DNA of 63,970 nt, counting the filler, from Klebsormidium nitens (Eukaryota > Plantae > Klebsormidiophyceae): the NCBI GenBank assembly GCA_000708835.1. It is 6 parts of 6 records of this genome, joined end to end, with 100 filler letters (N's around TTAATTAATTAA, not from the genome) between each part and the next. Parts side by side here need not be neighbours in the genome. Positions count along the whole stretch, not along the records: positions 37,216 to 62,094 come from DF237463.1; positions 62,195 to 63,970 come from DF237751.1; 4 more parts are not named here. One strand, 5' to 3'. Below, in pieces: positions 58,310 to 63,970 of the stretch (the first letter of the stretch is position 1; each line of letters begins with the position of its first letter). Made by a program: the position numbers and the translations under genes. The notes beneath the pieces are model-generated. The model saw only the letters and a list, made by a program, of their open reading frames with translations. It had not been told where the DNA came from and ran no database searches.

Positions 58310-61300
58310 GCCAATGACGGACGCGAAGCCAAATCGAATATCATGAGCTACTTCCAAGGTGCTGTCCGAGCCGTCCAAGCTGTCCATGAAGACAGATTCG
58401 TAGTTGAGAGTTCCTCTAGATGGACAGCAGTCCCGTCCGCGGCCGGAATCAAGGCCGGAATCGGATTCGTGAGCTCCTGTCAAAGTGCTGTCTTTGCCGT
58501 CCAAACTGTCTATGAAGACGAATTCGTAGATGCAACTTTCGCTAGATGGACAGTATTGCCGTCCATGGCTGGGTTTAGGGTGTGAGAAATTTTGAAGAGT
58601 TGTCCAAGCTCTCCTTGCCATCCATGAGACATTCAAAAAATCGATATTCCTCTCTGTCTCACTGCTGTATGGATGCAATTAGCCTGAGGTAAGAGTCTGG
58701 ATGAACAATAAACTACAACACCCGAAAGGTTCGTCCCAGCGAATGGTCTAGAAGGGACTTGGGGATTCCCAGGCTATGAGCCAAAAGTACCAGGCAGAGA
58801 TAGCATACCTCATCATGAATTGCGTCTGAACTCCGAAAGGTCGGAACCTTGTAGGTTGCAAGCCAGATCGAGTACGACGTCAACCTCCCCATGGTTGTGA
58901 AGCTGAGACGAAGAATGAATAAGCTACATTCCAGAGAGCTGTCTAACCCGTCCAAGCAATTTATGGAGAAGAACCCATGATTGACAGCTTCTCTAGACGT
59001 ACAGCAGTCTCGCTTGCAACCAACTTCGAGACTGTCCGAGCCGTCTATGCGGTTCATGAAGGAGAGTTTCACAAACAAATACCCTCTTGATGAATCCGTC
59101 CGTGGGTGGCCTCATCGAAATTGTGAGCTACATTTTGAAGTGCTGTCCCAGCCGTCCAAGCTGTCCAAGAAGACAGCTTTGTAACTGCGACTCCCTGTAG
59201 ATGGACACGGCCTAGTCAATATCGTCAGCTATTCCGAAGTGCTGTCCATGAAGGGGAATCGAGTGAAGAGGGACGCTCCTTCAGTTGCACTCGAGTAAGC
59301 TCCAACACACCATTGCACTTGCTCCCCACTCTCTTTCTTGGTCCGCGAGACGGTGGTCCTGAGCAGAATCAACCGGCAGTGGACAGTCGTCTAGCATCTC
59401 CTTGTCCGATGCAGTCTCCTCGTTGTCCCTTTCAGAAATTAGGCGTCCGCACCTTCGCAATTGTCACTGCACTCTGATGAAGCCGAGTCGGAACTGCCCA
59501 GCCCCTGCATCCCAATGGTAATATTGCTGAGGCAGCCTGTCACGAAAGGCACGTGCTTTCCGAAGCCGAACAGGTAAATTGCAACGGGTTTTGTTTCTAA
59601 GGCATGCCATTACAGCAAGGTGGGTGTCGCATGGAATTTTCGCCACGGCTGACGGATTTTCTTCCTTAGGTGGGTTTAACGAGGCCCCTGGGAGCAACTT
59701 GACTGGAGATGGGCAGATTGTGTTTGTTTACGACAGGCCTACCCAATAAGTGGAGGTTATCGAATTGGAAGGTCCAGACCAGCGTACCTGGGCCAAGGAT
59801 GAAGAAGGCTTCCAAGATTCTAAAGGCTTGTCGCGCGCAGAACACAGCTACTCCTGAAGTCGCTCATTAGAAGATATCTTACACATCCTCCTCAGCTCCA
59901 GAATTGTCTGAGACGGCGACGAATAGACACACGCAACGATGCCTCCTTACACAAGCATCCTCTGCCCCATCACTTTGATGTTGGCAGTCGAGTGTGCTCC
60001 TTCAACCCGACTTGCCGTCTGCTCGCTCATCGCCCCTCCTTCATTCTTTGATTCGCCACTATGCTTGCGTTTTCGGCCCCGGTCTGGCCCGCAACTTCCT
60101 GCATCAATCGCACACATTGTCACAGATCAGATCACACCGGATGATTGCCTTTTTCAAGGCCAACGACGGTGGCAAAGCCGAATCGAAATTGTGAGCTATT
60201 TCCGAAGTGCTGTCCGAGCCGTCCAAGCTGTCCACGAAGACAAATTCGTAGTTGAGAGTTCCCTTAGATGGACAGCAGTCCCGTCCGCGGCCGGCGAGGC
60301 CGGAATCGAAATTGTGAGCTCCTTTTAAAGTGCTGTCCAAGCCGTCCATGGAGACGAAACTGTAGTAGATGGCGTCTCTCCATGGACAGCACTGCTGTCA
60401 GCGCTTGGCAACATGGATGCATTCATTTCAAACCAATCTGACCTGAGGCGCTTCACTCCAATGGAAAAAGTAAAGCTCATCTCGAAGAACACCAAGCAAA
60501 TGTTAAGAAAGATTACCCACCATCTGATCTGCTCGAAGCTCTCTTCTCTGGTCCGCACGACGATGAGCATGGGCAGTTTCAACTGATGGGAGGCGGTTGT
60601 CACTGTCTCCAGCAGAAGACGCTGCTCGTTGCGACGAGGCTTTGGAGTCCTGCATGAAGAATGTGCATGAAAGGTTGCCGCTTTTTGATTCCCAAAAGCT
60701 GGCACCAAAACGTTGCAGGAAGTGCCGGCCTGGATTACACAGCAGACCGCAAGAGCACGCTGAACCTGCTCGAACCTTCAAGCTATTCACCGTGACGCGG
60801 GTATAGCTTCAAAATTCTGAACGTTGTGGCCAGTGTCATGTTGAAAGCGACTTTTTGCAGTGAACCCCCACAAGGCTCACAAGGCAGACAAAACCATCGT
60901 CCATTAAGACGGCCATTCTATTCTGAGAAACAGCCTCCGTGGACTGCACGGACAGCCAAGACAACACTCTCGAAATCTCAAAGAATTTCAAACACTATCA
61001 ACGATCATAGATTCTTAAGTCAGGACCATGGAGCCGGACAGCACTGCCGTCCAAGGAGACAAAAGTTATTTTAGAAAAGTGTCTCCATGGACAGCGTGGA
61101 CAGCGTGGACAAGACTTTGCAAACTTCACAGAAAGCCACAATCCACTAAGTGAAACGAGATTCAAGTAAAAGTAGCTCGCTGGAACTTGAATCACCCAGA
61201 AGTAGGGATGCTTGAGGCGCCCGGCCTTCAAACAATTTGTAGCCAGTATTCGAGGCAGGAAAAACCTTAAAGCAGTGCAATCACCTACAAAGAAGGGACC

Positions 61301-62035
61301 CGGCTGGGTGGCAATGGGAGCAGTATTCTGCTTCACTGGGCCCCACATCGTGGACCAAGAAGCAAGCAGCACTTGGGGGACTGACCTTATCTACTGAACT
61401 CAAGACCCCATGACTGGCAGCGGTCTTCTCTAAAGTAGGCCCCCAGAAGATGAGTGTAGCAAAACACGTACCTACGCAATGGTTGCATGAGAAGAATGCA
61501 CCATAGCCTGCCCAGGGTCTTTTTCACCACCTGTTCCCTGAAACTTCTCCTTCGACACGACACAATCTGGGAGCGCCGCAGCCTCTGATGCAGGGTGGTC
61601 GCCATTTACTAAGGCTCCATCTCCTCCATTCATGATTCCACTCAAATTGTTTGTCTAGTTTGCACAGGGTTCTTCTCAATGCTTTATCCGTTCCTCTGAC
61701 AATGTTAAAAATCTGACCCTTAAGGAATATCGCTCACGGCGGAACTCTTCAATGCCTTCTCGCTTCTCATGCGGATGCAGACTGAAGATTGAAAACTTTG
61801 CCGCCCTAGACAGCTGGAAGACAAGGTCACAAAATTATCACTAGAGCGACTAGGCCCTTGGTGGCTAGCCCAACTAAAGTAGGATATTCAACCACTTTTT
61901 TGGAGAGTTGCGGGAAGTGCTGTCCGAGCCGTCCAAGCCGTCTACCTAGCGGAACTTGTAGATGGACTCGACACTCGATGGACACAGTGCTGTCTATGAA
62001 GACCTTGATCTGCGGGCTTGATATTCAGAATATTG
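58310..62035. repeat. Dispersed diverged members of the same repeat family (clusters ~58330-58570, 58935-59260, 60190-60390, 60935-61110, 61915-62035), mostly inverted relative to the array
   Basis: Recurrent GTGCTGTCCGAGCCGTCCAAGCTGTCCATGAAGA...AGATGGACAGCA matches the reverse complement of the array core TCTTCATGGACGGCAAAGACGGCTAGGACAGCA. Confidence 0.75.
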
Positions 62036-62995
62036 AAGTTTTCAAGAACTCTGGGACTGCTGTCCAGGCCCTCCTGTGGTTTTTGGATCTTAAANNNNNN
62101 NNNNNNNNNNNNNNNNNNNNNNNNNNNNNNNNNNNNNNTTAATTAATTAANNNNNNNNNNNNNNNNNNNNNNNNNNNNNNNNNNNNNNNNNNNNACGTGA
62201 GGTCGGCATACGGACCGCCGCGCTGTTGCATATGTACATGCCGACCGGCGGTACCGACGGCCGCACGGCATGCATTGATGCCGGGCATCTGTGCGGCACC
62301 ATAACCGGCAGCCATCCGGCACATGATGGGTAAGCGTTATTAAGAGCGGCACCCTATCCTAAATAGGAGCGGCGAGACCCGCTTTTTCCGATGTTGAGGG
62401 AACACTCATCATGGCCGATCTCGAAGGTGTGAGTGAAGCGTTAGTCGCGACTGAATTTGGGGCGGCTTTGAAGGGAGCCATGCGCGAGCCCCTAGTTGCA
62501 TCGAGGAGCGACTTCGAAATTGCGGGCTCTTTAGCGTGGGCGCCCTGGGATCCTGGCGGGACTTGGATGGAGGAGCTGGCCGACTTGGATTTCAGCTGTA
62601 CATCATCCTTGCTGATCCGGGACGATCAGTTTTGTAAGGGGGTAGCTTGTACAGCTGTGCGAGCTGAACCCCACCCCCCGCGCGACGCCCCCACCTGGCA
62701 AGGTCCGCGGCGAGCTCGCGAGACGGTGGGGCGTTCGCGAGGCCCAGGCCCAGCTCGCGACACCCCCACCGAGCGAAGTAAAGGGCAAGTTCGCGAGGTG
62801 GGGCCTTCGCGAAATCCAGGGCGAGCTCGCGAGACCCCCACCCTGCGAATTCCAGGGCGAACTCGCGAAGTTGTGCGATGGACTTGGAAACCTGGATTGG
62901 GCAGCGAATCCTGGTTGGTCCATCTGGCGAGGCGAACCTAGACGGCTCTGTCGCGAGCTGACCTCATGCTGGCCGCTCAGGGCGAGCTCAACTTA

Positions 62996-63970
62996 GGCGT
63001 GCAGAGCGAAGTGCCACCTCAGATTTGACGACTTGTGGCGAGGCAGACCTGCGCGAACTGAACAGTGGCGCCGCGCGGGGCGAGCCTCAGGGGCGGGCAA
63101 ACTTTGGCGCCCCGCCGGGCACATTACTCGCGGGCCCGGCACAGATAGGTTGGGCCCATCGTTCTCAGGGGCGAGGCGAGTTCGCTTTGGTGCATCTTTA
63201 AGGCTGATCGCGAATCCAAGGCTGAGTTGGAGTCATGGGCAAGTTCGCAGCTGGCGACCGGAGGGATTTCGCAGCTGGCGACTAAAGGGATTTCGCAGNN
63301 NNNNNNNNNNNNNNNNNNNNNNNNNNNNNNNNNNNNNNNNNNNNNNNNNNNNNNNNNNNNNNNNNNNNNNNNNNNNNNNNNNNNNNNNNNNNNNNNNNNN
63401 NNNNNNNNNNNNNNGCGGTAGCCTTCGGCTAGTACCGCCAGCTAGGATAAACCTGCCGACGGTGAATTCTTGTAACCTTGAATTTTCCGAGTACACTCGA
63501 CGGAGAAAGTACTGCCGCAGTGTACAAGTGCAATTCTGACAGACTTGGACTCGGTCCCTATACGTGGCACTCATCGGACGGTGCCAGCCCCAGCCAGCGG
63601 AAAGTTCGGGACCCCGAAATGTACCTAGTTAAAGTGCGCTTTTTGACAACGGGATGGTCAATGTAGTGGCGTGCAGAGAGAAGTGCCACCTCAGATTTGA
63701 CGACTTGTGGCGAGGCAGACCTGCGCGAACTGAACAGTGGCGCCGCGCGGGGCGAGCCTCAGGGGCGGGCAAACTTTGGCGCCCCGCCGGGCACACTACT
63801 TGCGGGCCCGGCACAGATCAGATGGGCCCATCGTTCTCAGGGGCGAGGCGAGTTCGCTTTGGTGCATCTTTAAGGCTGATCGCGAATCCAAGGCTGAGTT
63901 GGAGTCATGGGCAAGTTCGCAGCTGGCGACCGGAGGGATTTCGCAGCTGGCGACTAAAGGGATTTCGCGG
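62996..63970 (+). repeat. ~300-bp direct repeat pair (62996-63298 and 63668-63970) spanning an N gap
   Basis: Near-identical copies with a few substitutions (GCGAAG/GAGAAG, ATTACTC/ACTACTT, TAGGT/TCAGA). The second copy starts exactly at the TAGTG terminus. Confidence 0.85.

Noticed and set aside
37215-62050. Viral capsid, packaging ATPase or protein-primed PolB genes
   Set aside because: No ORF with recognisable motifs. Highly diverged capsids could be missed without profile or structure searches, so absence is provisional.
62411-62941. 176-aa ORF near the window end
   Set aside because: The second half runs through GC-rich GCGAGCTCGCGA-type sub-repeats and no domain is recognisable; probably repeat-derived.
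63062-63074. AACAGTGGCGCC as an LTR primer-binding site
   Set aside because: No identifiable upstream LTR (TG...CA) or downstream gag/pol, and tRNA complementarity cannot be verified.

Overview
Eukaryotic nuclear scaffold, most likely from a streptophyte green alga (Klebsormidium-like; inferred from plant-type genes with GT-AG introns). Five artificial 100-bp gap linkers (N44-TTAATTAATTAA-N44) and one plain N gap interrupt it, so adjacency across gaps is unproven. The first ~27 kb holds ordinary multi-exon host genes: mitochondrial uL4, a UNE2-like MFS transporter, a helicase-less family A DNA polymerase (Pol nu/theta-like) with N-terminal RLFGV-type motifs, a GT61 glycosyltransferase and a C-terminally extended 2Fe-2S ferredoxin. 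The remaining ~37 kb is an island of mobile and virus-like DNA. It contains an ethylene-receptor-like kinase pseudogene fragment, a near-intact PAT/kangaroo-type tyrosine-recombinase retrotransposon with split direct repeats, a decayed Cys-rich (possibly KDZ/CxC) gene, an orphan membrane-protein ORF, a tandem-HNH endonuclease and a pseudo-receiver domain. Two features stand out. (1) A compact, intronless, capsid-less cassette at 37.3-42.8 kb: Prim-Pol/D5 primase-helicase, a small basic protein, an intact tyrosine recombinase and a degenerate recombinase paralog, behind a palindrome-rich AT tract. (2) A second Prim-Pol/D5 gene at 53.2-58.2 kb that is split by spliceosomal introns, one of which holds a ~140-bp tandem array. 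All homology calls come from motif recognition by eye; no database searches were run.
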